Below are positions 49,125 through 58,362 of a stretch of DNA of 64,000 nt, piece after piece. Both the position numbers and the translations under genes were made by a program. The stretch lies in the NCBI GenBank assembly GCA_036229005.1, contig JAZAMN010000003.1:32001-96000 (forward strand), given 5' to 3'. The DNA is from Myxococcota bacterium. Lineage in GTDB: Bacteria > Myxococcota_A > UBA796 > CAJQPC01. The notes beneath the pieces were generated by a model. It did no database searches and had not been told where the DNA came from. It was given only the letters and a program-made list of their open reading frames with translations. Numbering within the stretch: the first letter of the stretch is position 1; each line of letters starts with the position of its first letter.

Positions 49125-49970
49125 TCAGGGCGCCCAGTCCACCGGCACCGGCGCGTGCAACAGGCCCGCCGCGAAGGCGCGCTCGTAGAGCACCCGCAGT
49201 CCCTCGCGGGCGCGGTCGGAGTAGCTCAAGGTGTCCGCGTTGGCGTACATGTCCAGATATTGGGACACCCGATCCGCGGTGGGCAGAGCCCCTCCTCGCT
49301 CCAGCAGCCAGTTGATGGCTTCTTCCCGGTTGTCCAGGGCGTGGGCGATGGACTGGCGCATGATCTCGGAGGCCTGCGCGATGCGCTCGGGGCCCAGATC
49401 GCGGCGGATGACGTTCCCGCCCAGAGGCAGGGGCAGGCCGGTCTGCTGCATCCACCACTCCCCGATGTCGGCGACGCGGTGGAACCCCTCGGTCTCGTAG
49501 GTCAGGCGCCCCTCGTGGATGACCAGGCCCGCGTCGATCTCGCCGGAGCGCAGGGCGTCGAAGATGGCCGTGTAGGGTGTGATCGGGACGACGGTGGGGA
49601 CCAGGTCGGGCACCATGAGTCGGAGCACCATCCAGGCCGTTGTCGTCTCTCCAGGGATGGCCACCCGCTTGCCGGCGAGGTCACCAAGGCCCATGGGCTG
49701 GGGTGAGATGACCACCGGGCCGTAGCCGTCACCGACGCTGCCGCCGTGGGGCAGGAGCTGCCACTTGTCCGCGATGCGCGGGTAGTAGCCGATGCTCACT
49801 GCGCTCACGTGGGGCGGGTCGGAGCTGGCGATGCGGTTGAGGGCGTCGGTGTCCCGGGTGTCGATGTCCCACCCAAAGGGCCCGGGGTCGATCAGCCCCA
49901 GCATCAGGGCGCGGAACATGAACAGGTCGTCGGCGTCCGGGCTGCAGAGCACCTTGAGGCGGGTGGTCAT
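49125..49970 (-). CDS. mqnD: 1,4-dihydroxy-6-naphthoate synthase (futalosine menaquinone pathway)
   Basis: SPDADDLFMF, GYGP, PGETTTA, IHEGRLTY, GLPLPLGG. Confidence 0.9.
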   Translation of the reverse strand: MTTRLKVLCSPDADDLFMFRALMLGLIDPGPFGWDIDTRDTDALNRIASSDPPHVSAVSIGYYPRIADKWQLLPHGGSVGDGYGPVVISPQPMGLGDLAGKRVAIPGETTTAWMVLRLMVPDLVPTVVPITPYTAIFDALRSGEIDAGLVIHEGRLTYETEGFHRVADIGEWWMQQTGLPLPLGGNVIRRDLGPERIAQASEIMRQSIAHALDNREEAINWLLERGGALPTADRVSQYLDMYANADTLSYSDRAREGLRVLYERAFAAGLLHAPVPVDWAP

Positions 49971-51172
49971 TGGCTGCGCTCCGCGAGCTGGGAGGTGGTC
50001 TCGCGCAGGCGCGTGGACACGGTGCCCAGCAGCTTCCAGAGGATGCGGGTGCCCAGCTCGGGCTCGCGGCGGGTGAAGTCCTCCAGGGCCTGGCGCTCGA
50101 TGGTGATCAGGCTGCCAAAGCCGGTGCTGGTGACCGTGGCGCTGCGGGGCTGGGCGTCAACCAGGGACTGCTCGCCGAAGTGGTCACCGGGCCCCAGGGT
50201 CGCCACCGTGACGCCGTCCACGCTGACCTCCAGGTTGCCCTGTACGACCACGTAGAGCTTGCGGCCCACGTCGCCCTGGGCGACCACGATCTCGTCGGGG
50301 CCGACGAACACCTCGTTGACCATGCGGCCCACGCGGGCGCGGGCGTTGAAGGGCAGGTCCTCGAAGAGGAAGAGGCGGGACATCACGTCCGCCCGGGCGG
50401 CAGCGGCTTCGGCCCGCGGGGAGGCATCGGGGTCCACCACCAGCACGGTCACGTTGTCCGGACCGCCGTTGTCCAGGGCTTGCTGAACGAGGCGCTGTGC
50501 GGCGTTGTCCGGAGCGCCGTCGCCCAGGTGGCGGGCGATCTCCAGGGGGCCCACGGGGTCGCTCAGGCCGTCGGAGCAGAGCAGCAGGCGGTCGCCGGGC
50601 AGCACCTCGATCGCGGCGGTGTCGGGCTGAACGCCGGGCTGCAGGCCGATGGCGCGGGTGATGACGTTCCGGTAGCGGCTTCGGCGGGCCTCCTCGTAGG
50701 TCATCTGGCCAGTGCGCACGAGCTCGTTGACCATGGAGTGGTCGTCGGAGAGCTGCAGCAGCTCACCCTCCCGCAGCAGGTAGGCGCGGGAGTCGCCCAC
50801 GTGGGCCAGGAAGATGGCGCCGCCTCCGACCACGGCCACGACCAGGGTGGTGGTCATGCCGCGGCGGGCCTCGGACTCGGCCTCTTCGTAGACGCGGCGC
50901 GAGGCGGTCTGGCAGGCGTGGTCCAGGGCCTCGAGCACGCCGTTGCGGGTGCGGCGGCCGGGCTGGGCGGTGTAGGCCTGGACCGCAGCGTCGATGCGCG
51001 GGGCCAGCTCACCGAAGGTCTGCACGGTCAGGGCGCTCGCGACCTCGCCGCAGGCGCGCCCACCGACACCATCGGCCACCAGGTAGAGCCCGTGATCCGG
51101 CATCGCCAGCAGGGCGTCTTCGTTGTGGTCGCGCTTGCGACCTTCGTCGGTGATGCCGAAATAGCGCTTCAT
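49967..51172 (-). CDS. PP2C Ser/Thr phosphatase with C-terminal cyclic-nucleotide-binding domain
   Basis: NED, VADGVGG, HVGDSRAY, CSDGL, GGPDN; QGD...FGE...PRSATV. Confidence 0.95.
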   Translation of the reverse strand: MKRYFGITDEGRKRDHNEDALLAMPDHGLYLVADGVGGRACGEVASALTVQTFGELAPRIDAAVQAYTAQPGRRTRNGVLEALDHACQTASRRVYEEAESEARRGMTTTLVVAVVGGGAIFLAHVGDSRAYLLREGELLQLSDDHSMVNELVRTGQMTYEEARRSRYRNVITRAIGLQPGVQPDTAAIEVLPGDRLLLCSDGLSDPVGPLEIARHLGDGAPDNAAQRLVQQALDNGGPDNVTVLVVDPDASPRAEAAAARADVMSRLFLFEDLPFNARARVGRMVNEVFVGPDEIVVAQGDVGRKLYVVVQGNLEVSVDGVTVATLGPGDHFGEQSLVDAQPRSATVTSTGFGSLITIERQALEDFTRREPELGTRILWKLLGTVSTRLRETTSQLAERSQ

Positions 51173-51231
51173 TCCTGCTCCCAGCGGGCGGGTGCTCTAT
51201 CCCCCCGTCCCGCCGAGCGCACGACCCGCCC

Positions 51232-52422
51232 TCAGTGCATGGCCAGGGGGATGCGCTGGGTGTGCAGCAGCGTGCGGTCGCCCTGGGGGCCCTCCTCCAG
51301 CAGGCGGATCTCCAGCGCACCCTGGCCGCCCTCGGCCTTCTGCTCCGGGCTGAGGCTGAACTCCACCGCCCGGGTCTCACCCGCCTTCAGGCGCGTGTCG
51401 GGCCCGGTGGGGGCGAAGGGCGGCTCCGCGGCGATCGGGCGCTCCAGGCGCAGCTCGAAGGGCTCGCCCGTGTCCTGCCCTTCGGCGTCCACGGCGACCA
51501 CCTGGACCACCACCAGGGTGAAGGGCGAGCCCGTGGGGAAGCTGTGTCCGGCGCCCGTGTTCATGAGCGTCAGGGTGCCCGTGAGGGTCTCACCGCGGGT
51601 GAGCCCGCCCGGGGGGATGTCGGCCAGCATCGTCACCGCCCGCGCCGGATCCGCGGTCACGCCGTGGTCCCGGTGAGCGGCGAAGTCCCCGGCGGTGATC
51701 AGGCCAGATCGGGGAGGCATGTGGCAGTCCTGACACTGCACGCCGGCGGCGGGGTAGGGGCTGCGGCTCCACTCGCCGTAGGTGTCATACAGCGGCGCTT
51801 CGGCGCCCTCCCAGTCGAGCTGGTGGCAGCTCGCGCAGAACTCCGAGCTCCCCAGCTCCTCGCTGACGGCGACGGGGTGGGGGGCGCCGCTCGCAGGCCG
51901 GCTCCCGACCACGGTCTCGCCCCGGACGTGACAGGCCGCGCAGGTGACCCCTTCGGCGCTCAGGGAGGCGTCCCAGCTCTCGTTCGGCTCCACCAGCGCG
52001 CTGCCCAGCGGACCCCCGCTGTACTCGCGGACCAGGGCGGGCTGTTGGTTGACCAGCGGGGTGTGGCAGCTCGTGCAGAGCGGGCTGTTGCCCGTGGCCG
52101 CCATGGCCGCCTGGAAGGCCTCGTTGCCCAGGGCGTCGGCGTGGGCCGAGTCCGCCCAGCTATCGTGGATCTCGTAGTGGCAGCCGTTGCAGCTCTGGGC
52201 CGAGAGGCTGGCGACCCCGGGGGGCAGGGCCTGGTGGGCCACGGGCAGGCCCTCGGGGAAGAGCTTGGGGGCCTTGGCGGCCTTGGGCTCGGCCTCGGCG
52301 GGGGTCTCATCGGGCGAGGGGTCCGCGACCGGGGGCGGCGCGGTCTGCTGGCCCTTGTTCTTGCGCGCGGCGAAGGCCAGCGGCAGGGCGAGCAGCAGCA
52401 GCGGGAGCAGGCGGGCGTACAT
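51232..52422 (-). CDS. Exported pentaheme c-type cytochrome (c554/c552-like)
   Basis: CNGCH, CTSCH, CAACH, CASCH, CQDCHM; signal peptide; AGHSFPTG. Confidence 0.9.
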   Translation of the reverse strand: MYARLLPLLLLALPLAFAARKNKGQQTAPPPVADPSPDETPAEAEPKAAKAPKLFPEGLPVAHQALPPGVASLSAQSCNGCHYEIHDSWADSAHADALGNEAFQAAMAATGNSPLCTSCHTPLVNQQPALVREYSGGPLGSALVEPNESWDASLSAEGVTCAACHVRGETVVGSRPASGAPHPVAVSEELGSSEFCASCHQLDWEGAEAPLYDTYGEWSRSPYPAAGVQCQDCHMPPRSGLITAGDFAAHRDHGVTADPARAVTMLADIPPGGLTRGETLTGTLTLMNTGAGHSFPTGSPFTLVVVQVVAVDAEGQDTGEPFELRLERPIAAEPPFAPTGPDTRLKAGETRAVEFSLSPEQKAEGGQGALEIRLLEEGPQGDRTLLHTQRIPLAMH

Positions 52423-54965
52423 CAGAAATCAATGACCTCGGGCTTGTCCTCTCCGCCGCGGCGGGGGACGTGCACCACGGCGCCGTCGGGCGCGTAGAGC
52501 GTTGTGTAGACGGCGTAGTTCTCGCTGACCTTCTTCACGTAGGTGCGCGGCTCCCGCAGCGGGATCTGCTCCACCCAGTCGTCCAGGTCGATCTTGCCCT
52601 TCCAGGGGCGGTACCAGGAGCTCACGTTGACCGGCCCGGCGTTGTAGCTCGCCACCGCCATGGGCCAGCAGCCCTCGAAGCGGTCCAGGAGCTGGCTCAG
52701 GTAGAACACGCCGTACTGGATGTTCGTGGCGGGGTCCTCCAGCACGGCGGGGGTGTAGCTCTCCACGCCCAGCAGCCAGGCGACCTTGGAGCCGGTGTGG
52801 GGCATGATCTGCATGACCCCGATGGCCCCTGCGTGGCTCAGCGCGGTGCTCCGGTACAGGCTCTCGCGCCGCATCAGCCCAAAGGCCAGCAGCGGGTCGA
52901 CGTTGTACTCGCGGGACCAGCGCTCGACGTGCTCGCGGTGGGCGGTGGGGTAGCCCAGCCTCCAGGCGAGCAGCCTGTCCTCGCTGGTGGGCGCAGACTT
53001 CTCCAGGCCCAGGGAGAAGCGGGTGCTGTGGTGGTGGTCCTGCGCATAGACGAACGCCGACCGCCACTCCCCCTTGGTGATCGAGACCGCGCGCACCTGC
53101 TTCTGGCGCTCGCTGCGGCGGGACGCGCTGGCCTCGTACTCGTCGTAGATGTCCGCGAGGATCTCGCCGCTGAGCTCGTAGACGCCCACGCTGGCCAGGT
53201 CGTAGGCGGCCGGGAAGAGGGGCCAGACCTCGGCGTTGCGGTCCGCGATGCGCTTGAAGGTGGGGCCGTAGGAGGCGGGATCGACGTAGCGGCCCTCGAC
53301 ATAGGCGTCGTCCACCGCTGGCAGGGCCGTGGCCTTCGGGAAGCGGATGGGGATCGGCTCCACCGGCGAGGTCACCTCGGCCGGCTCCGACCACTGCGGG
53401 GCGCCCCAGGCCAGCGCGCCCCAGTCGAAGGCCTCCGGCTCGGGATCCTGCGTCTGTCCGGCGACGCGAGCCGGGACCGCGCTCCCCACCGGGCTCGCGG
53501 GCGGCTGCACCACCTGCGCGGCGGGGGGAGGCCCCGGGTTTCGACCCTGGCGGAGCTGCTCGGCGCTCATCTCGGCCAGGCCCGTGCGCCAGCGGGACTC
53601 CAGCATCAGCGCGTACCAGGTGTGCTCGGCGTTCTTGCGGATCCAGTTGTAGTCGGCGGCCGCCTTGCTGCGCTCGCCCAGCTTGGACCAGCTCTTCCCG
53701 CGGTAGTAGCGCGCGCTCAGGCCGGTCTCGCCGCCCTTGGCCACGATGGGGTCCAGCCGCGCGATGGCCTCCTTGTGCTCGCCCATCATGTAGGTGTCGT
53801 AGGCGGCGAACCACTCGGCCGCTCGGGCCAGCCCGCCCCCGCCCTTGGACAGCGCGTCCCAGTGCTCCCGCGCCGCCTCGTAGTTCCCGGCCATCTGCTG
53901 GGTGTGGGCGACCACGTCCCGCGCGTAGCGGAAGCGCCGGCTGCTGCCGTGGTTCTTGAGGCCCAGCTCGCCGTACTTGGCGGACTCCTCGAAGTAGCCG
54001 CCGCGGAAGTAGGCGCGGAACGCGTACCAGCAGTCCTCCGTGTTGGGGGCCTTCTCGTACTGCTGGGCGAAGGAGTCCCCCAGCGCCCGATACTGCTTGG
54101 TCCGCCAGGCGAAGGTGCTCCAGTTGGCCTGCTGCCAGGCCTTGACCGCCTCGTCGTCGGGGTTCTGGGCGCCGATGTCCTGGTACAGCGCCCAGGCCTC
54201 CTCCTTGAGGCCGCAGTCCCGCAGGCTGACGGCGCGGAGCTGGGCCTCGCGGACTGCGCCCATGTCGGGCTCGGCCAGGTCTTCGACCTCCATCAGAGCG
54301 TCCAGCGCGCCCTGCGCGGCCACGGCGGTGCAGGGATACTCGAAGCTGAGGGTCATCCCCTTGAGGAGCTGCGCGCCCTTGGCGGGGCTGGCGTTCGCCT
54401 CCGCCAGCGCCATACCCAGCTTGAGCTCTTCGGCCCGCGGGGTGTTCGGGTGCAGGTCCAGGTACTCCTGGTAGGCGTCGATCGCGGGCTTTCGGCTCCC
54501 GGCGGCCACCAGGGCATCCCCCCGCAACACCAGGCACTCGTCCGCGTGGGGACCATCCGGCCACTTGGTCCGGTAGGTCGCGCACTCGCTGGCGGCGACG
54601 CTGTGGCGCCCGCGCATGTGGTCCGAGAAGGCCTCGTACCAGGCACCGTAGGGGGAGAGCGGGCCGTTGCTCAGGCGCACGGCGGTGAACTGGGCCGAGG
54701 CCAGGTTCCAGCGCCCCTGGTCCATGTAGAGCCAGCCCAGCAGGAAGCGTCCGGCGGCTCGGGGGCGGCCGTAGGGACCCTCACCAGAGGCCAGCCAGGC
54801 CTCCAAGGTCGCGATGGCCTGCGTGTCGTCCCCTCGCTTGTGCGCAGCCACCCCCTCCTCCAGGGTGGAGGCCACGATGGGGACCGAGCCAGGGGCGACC
54901 GGCGGGGCCTCTGGCAGGCGGGCGCCCCCGAGCAGCGCGAGGCCCAGGCAGAGAGAGGTCAGCAT
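52422..54965 (-). CDS. Soluble lytic transglycosylase with TPR-like repeats
   Basis: RRESLY, AIGVMQIMP, NIQYG, SYNAG, EPRTYVKKV. Confidence 0.93.
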   Translation of the reverse strand: MLTSLCLGLALLGGARLPEAPPVAPGSVPIVASTLEEGVAAHKRGDDTQAIATLEAWLASGEGPYGRPRAAGRFLLGWLYMDQGRWNLASAQFTAVRLSNGPLSPYGAWYEAFSDHMRGRHSVAASECATYRTKWPDGPHADECLVLRGDALVAAGSRKPAIDAYQEYLDLHPNTPRAEELKLGMALAEANASPAKGAQLLKGMTLSFEYPCTAVAAQGALDALMEVEDLAEPDMGAVREAQLRAVSLRDCGLKEEAWALYQDIGAQNPDDEAVKAWQQANWSTFAWRTKQYRALGDSFAQQYEKAPNTEDCWYAFRAYFRGGYFEESAKYGELGLKNHGSSRRFRYARDVVAHTQQMAGNYEAAREHWDALSKGGGGLARAAEWFAAYDTYMMGEHKEAIARLDPIVAKGGETGLSARYYRGKSWSKLGERSKAAADYNWIRKNAEHTWYALMLESRWRTGLAEMSAEQLRQGRNPGPPPAAQVVQPPASPVGSAVPARVAGQTQDPEPEAFDWGALAWGAPQWSEPAEVTSPVEPIPIRFPKATALPAVDDAYVEGRYVDPASYGPTFKRIADRNAEVWPLFPAAYDLASVGVYELSGEILADIYDEYEASASRRSERQKQVRAVSITKGEWRSAFVYAQDHHHSTRFSLGLEKSAPTSEDRLLAWRLGYPTAHREHVERWSREYNVDPLLAFGLMRRESLYRSTALSHAGAIGVMQIMPHTGSKVAWLLGVESYTPAVLEDPATNIQYGVFYLSQLLDRFEGCWPMAVASYNAGPVNVSSWYRPWKGKIDLDDWVEQIPLREPRTYVKKVSENYAVYTTLYAPDGAVVHVPRRGGEDKPEVIDF

Positions 54966-55072
54966 GGGGGAAGAAGCTCCGCTGTGCCCAGAGCTTTAGT
55001 GCACAACCCCTTGACCTGCCAAGAGCGCCCCCTGCGGGGGATCCCGCAGCCATCTCCCCCCAAGCGAGGTCA

Positions 55073-55732
55073 TCAGGGCCGAAGCTGGTCCTCGGGCACG
55101 CCCAGCAGGAACTCGCTGCCGTCCTCGCTCATCAGCAGGTCGTAGGTGGGCCCATCGTGTACGGCCTGCACCACGCCTCGCCGCCCGTCGGTCAGCTCGA
55201 TGGGGTCCCCCAGGTGCCGGGCGCCCTCCACAGTGGGGCACGGGACCTGGGGCTCGTCGTACTCCACCCACTCGGCCCAGCCGCCCACCAGCACGCGCGC
55301 GCGGGTCCAGCCCTGCTCGCGCAGCCAGCCCGCCAGGGACTCGGCCTCCTGCTCCATGGTCGCGTCGTAGACGGCGATCCAGTGGTCCTTGGGGGGCAGC
55401 AGATCGGTGCGGTGCTTGAGCTGCACGCCGGGCAGCAGCAGGGCCTTGGGCATGACGCCGACGATCCACTCCGCGGGAGGGCGCACGTCCACCAGGGTCA
55501 CGCCTTCGTCGCCGATCACCTGGGCCGCCAGGTAGGTGCGGCCGATGCGCTCCTTGTGGTTGGGGCCGGGCGTGTCGCCGTCGCCGTCCACCAGCTTGGG
55601 GATCTTCGTGGCGTCGTAGCTGCCCTTGGTGCCCTTGGTCTTGCGGGAGGTGCGGGCCTCGGCGTCGCGCTCCATCCCGAAGGCCTTCAGGGCGATCTTG
55701 CGTGCTGCGTTCTTGAGGCGGTCGCGGATCAT
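55073..55732 (-). CDS. Rhodanese-like domain protein with basic N-terminal extension
   Basis: LVDVRPPAEW, GVMPKA, LVGGWAEW; the active-loop position reads VYD rather than Cys. Confidence 0.8.
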   Translation of the reverse strand: MIRDRLKNAARKIALKAFGMERDAEARTSRKTKGTKGSYDATKIPKLVDGDGDTPGPNHKERIGRTYLAAQVIGDEGVTLVDVRPPAEWIVGVMPKALLLPGVQLKHRTDLLPPKDHWIAVYDATMEQEAESLAGWLREQGWTRARVLVGGWAEWVEYDEPQVPCPTVEGARHLGDPIELTDGRRGVVQAVHDGPTYDLLMSEDGSEFLLGVPEDQLRP

Positions 55733-55842
55733 GTGGTCGGCACTCCAGGCCTCCATGCTGCCACAGGGCGCCGTGGCTTGGGGCTGGGCGGGGGTGACGG
55801 TGGCCGCTGCAGCACGTAGAATCCCAATCCGGAGGTCCCCCC

Positions 55843-57675
55843 ATGCTGCTGGCGCTGCTGCTCGCCTGTCCGCCCCCCATCATCGTGATGGAGGACACCA
55901 CCACGACGGACTCGCCCCAGGACAGCGAACCGCAAGACACCGACCCCGTCGACTTCGACGGAGACGGCTACCCCGAGGGCGTGGACTGCGATGACCTGGA
56001 CAGCTCGGTGAACCCGGGCGCCACAGAGATCTGGTACGACGGCCGGGATCAGGACTGCGACGGGAACGACTGCGACCAGGACAACGACGGGGTCCTGTTC
56101 GACTTCGCGATCTGCGGGGGCACCGACTGCGACGACAAGAACGCCGCCATCCGCCCTGACGCGACCGAAGTCTGGTACGACGGCGTGGACCAGAACTGCG
56201 ATGCCTGGTGTGACTGGGACGCCGACATGGACGGCTTCGCGGTGGACGGCAAGACCGGGACCGACTGCGTCGAGGTGCCGCTGGGGGACTGCGATGACGC
56301 GGTCGCGAGCACCAACCCCGACGCCTTGGAGTACGTCGACGGTCTGGACAGCGACTGCGACGGGGTCGAGGACGACCTGGAGACCCTGGACGCGGTCACC
56401 AGCCTCCAGGGCAACGGCGGCGACTTCGGGCTCTGGATGACCACTGGCGATGCCGACGGCGACGCCTACCCCGAGATCTGGGTCAGCAGCCCCGCTGCCA
56501 ACAGCGGCGCGGGACGGGTCGCCCGCTACAACGGCCTGGAGATCGACGCGGACGTCGGCGGGACCCTGGCCTGGACCCGCGCGGAGACCGCCATCGGCCC
56601 CAACGGCGCGAGCGGCGGGATCGGCGCGCCGATGTGGCGCCTGGACCTGGACGACCCCGGGCAGGGGCGCCTGGCCATCGGGGACCCCGGCTCCGGTCAG
56701 GTGCTGCGCTTCAACGAGCCCACCGCCTTGAGCACCGTGGCCACCTCGGACGCGAGCGTCGCCTACTTCTCGAGCTCCTACACCGTCTCCGGGGGCGCGA
56801 TGGGCGTCGTCCGGGCCGGCGCCGACCAGGACGCGCTGATCTTCCTGGGGACCCCGCTCGGCAGCAGCAGCTCCACCCAGGGCGCGCTGTGGCTCTACCC
56901 CACCGACCAGGCCATGCCGGCCTCCAAGGAGATCAGCAGCCTCCCTGGGACCCGGCTCTACCTGTCCGGCAACGTGTCCGACCAGCTCGGGGCCTCGGCG
57001 GTCGCGGTGGATCTGGATGGGGACGGCAAGCAGGAGCTCCTCGTAGGCATGCCAACCGCAGACAAGTCCGACGGCACCCCGGAGGTCGGCGGTGTGGTCA
57101 TCGTGGACAGCACCACGCTCTCTGACATCATCCTGGGCCACGCGGGCAGCCAGAAGGATCTCAGCGACATGGCCCAGATCAAGGGCGACAAGGCGGGCAA
57201 CCAGTTCGGCCAGCAGCTCTTCGCGGTGGGCGATGTGGACGGGGACGGGGTCGACGACCTGATCGCGAGCTCTCTGGTCTCCGGCAAGGCACGCCTGCAC
57301 CTGGTCTCCGGCGCGACTGCTGGGAGCAAGTCCGCCAGCCTGCTCCCCCGCATCGACGTGGGGCGCAGCTCCGACCTCACCGCCAACTACGTCGCGGCCG
57401 CCGACCTCAACGGCGACGGCGTGAACGACCTGGCCATCGGTGACGGGGACTCCCAGCAGGTCCTGATCTTCCTGGGGCCCCTGAGCGCCGCCAGCTACAC
57501 CGCGGCCGACGCCGATGCGGTCGTGAACAGCAGCGCCGCGGGCTTTGGCAGCTCCCTGATGTTCGTGGACAGCCTGGATGCGGATGGCGTGGTGGAGCTC
57601 TGGGTCTCGGCTCCGGAGGCGGTGGTTGACGGGAGCGTCGAGGGCGCGGTCTACCTGCTCCCGCTCGCGTTCTGA
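55843..57675 (+). CDS. Surface lipoprotein with MopE-like metal-binding repeats and FG-GAP beta-propeller
   Basis: DCDD...PGATEIWYDGRDQDCDG-type repeat x3; GDADGD, DLDGDG, GDVDGDG, DLNGDG. Confidence 0.88.
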   Translation: MLLALLLACPPPIIVMEDTTTTDSPQDSEPQDTDPVDFDGDGYPEGVDCDDLDSSVNPGATEIWYDGRDQDCDGNDCDQDNDGVLFDFAICGGTDCDDKNAAIRPDATEVWYDGVDQNCDAWCDWDADMDGFAVDGKTGTDCVEVPLGDCDDAVASTNPDALEYVDGLDSDCDGVEDDLETLDAVTSLQGNGGDFGLWMTTGDADGDAYPEIWVSSPAANSGAGRVARYNGLEIDADVGGTLAWTRAETAIGPNGASGGIGAPMWRLDLDDPGQGRLAIGDPGSGQVLRFNEPTALSTVATSDASVAYFSSSYTVSGGAMGVVRAGADQDALIFLGTPLGSSSSTQGALWLYPTDQAMPASKEISSLPGTRLYLSGNVSDQLGASAVAVDLDGDGKQELLVGMPTADKSDGTPEVGGVVIVDSTTLSDIILGHAGSQKDLSDMAQIKGDKAGNQFGQQLFAVGDVDGDGVDDLIASSLVSGKARLHLVSGATAGSKSASLLPRIDVGRSSDLTANYVAAADLNGDGVNDLAIGDGDSQQVLIFLGPLSAASYTAADADAVVNSSAAGFGSSLMFVDSLDADGVVELWVSAPEAVVDGSVEGAVYLLPLAF

Positions 57676-57801
57676 GCTCCGGGTCGCTGGGGCCCGGCTC
57701 TCGGTGGCCGCGCTCGCTTGGGCCGGCCCTCTGGACGCAGCTTTGGCGCACGCCACCGGCCTCCGTGGGATAGTGGAGCGCGCAGCACGCTGAGGGAGCC
57801 C

Positions 57802-58290
57802 ATGGCACTGTGGAAGGACATCGTCTTTGGCCGACCTGACGGCATCCGCCAGTCCATGTACCGGCGGCTGATGGGCAAGCAGGACCAGGTCGAGTCCGCG
57901 GCAGCCCCCACCCCCGAGCCCGTGGTCGACTCCGCAGAGAAGGCGTTGAACCTGGGGATCGAGGCCCCCAAGGACGTCACCCCACCGGACGGCTACGAGG
58001 TGGTCCTCCACCGCGACGCTCTGCCCGCCGGCGAGGTCATCGAGGTGATCATCGCAGGCAACGCCATCGCGCTCGCCCACGCCGCCGATGGCTGGTTCGC
58101 CCTGGACAACGCCTGCCCCCGCGGCGCCTGCGCCCTGGGCGAGGGGAGCCTGAGCGGCCACGATCTGACCTGCCCCACCCACGGCTGGGTGTTTGACGTC
58201 CGCGACGGGAGCTGCGCGATCAGCCCCAAGGACAAGGTCCAGACCTTCCCCGTCCAGGTGGAGGGCGAGGGCGTCTGCGTCGCCATCTGA
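57802..58290 (+). CDS. Rieske-type ferredoxin with atypical first ligand box (CPR) and N-terminal extension
   Basis: FALDNACPRGACALGEG...CPTHGWVFDVRDG; GAGGGAG RBS. Confidence 0.85.
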   Translation: MALWKDIVFGRPDGIRQSMYRRLMGKQDQVESAAAPTPEPVVDSAEKALNLGIEAPKDVTPPDGYEVVLHRDALPAGEVIEVIIAGNAIALAHAADGWFALDNACPRGACALGEGSLSGHDLTCPTHGWVFDVRDGSCAISPKDKVQTFPVQVEGEGVCVAI

Positions 58291-58362
58291 GGGCGCTGCA
58301 TCCTCAGGGGGCGAATCTGAGCGCGCCGAATCTGGAGGCGCCCTGGAGTCCAGCGCGCGCCG

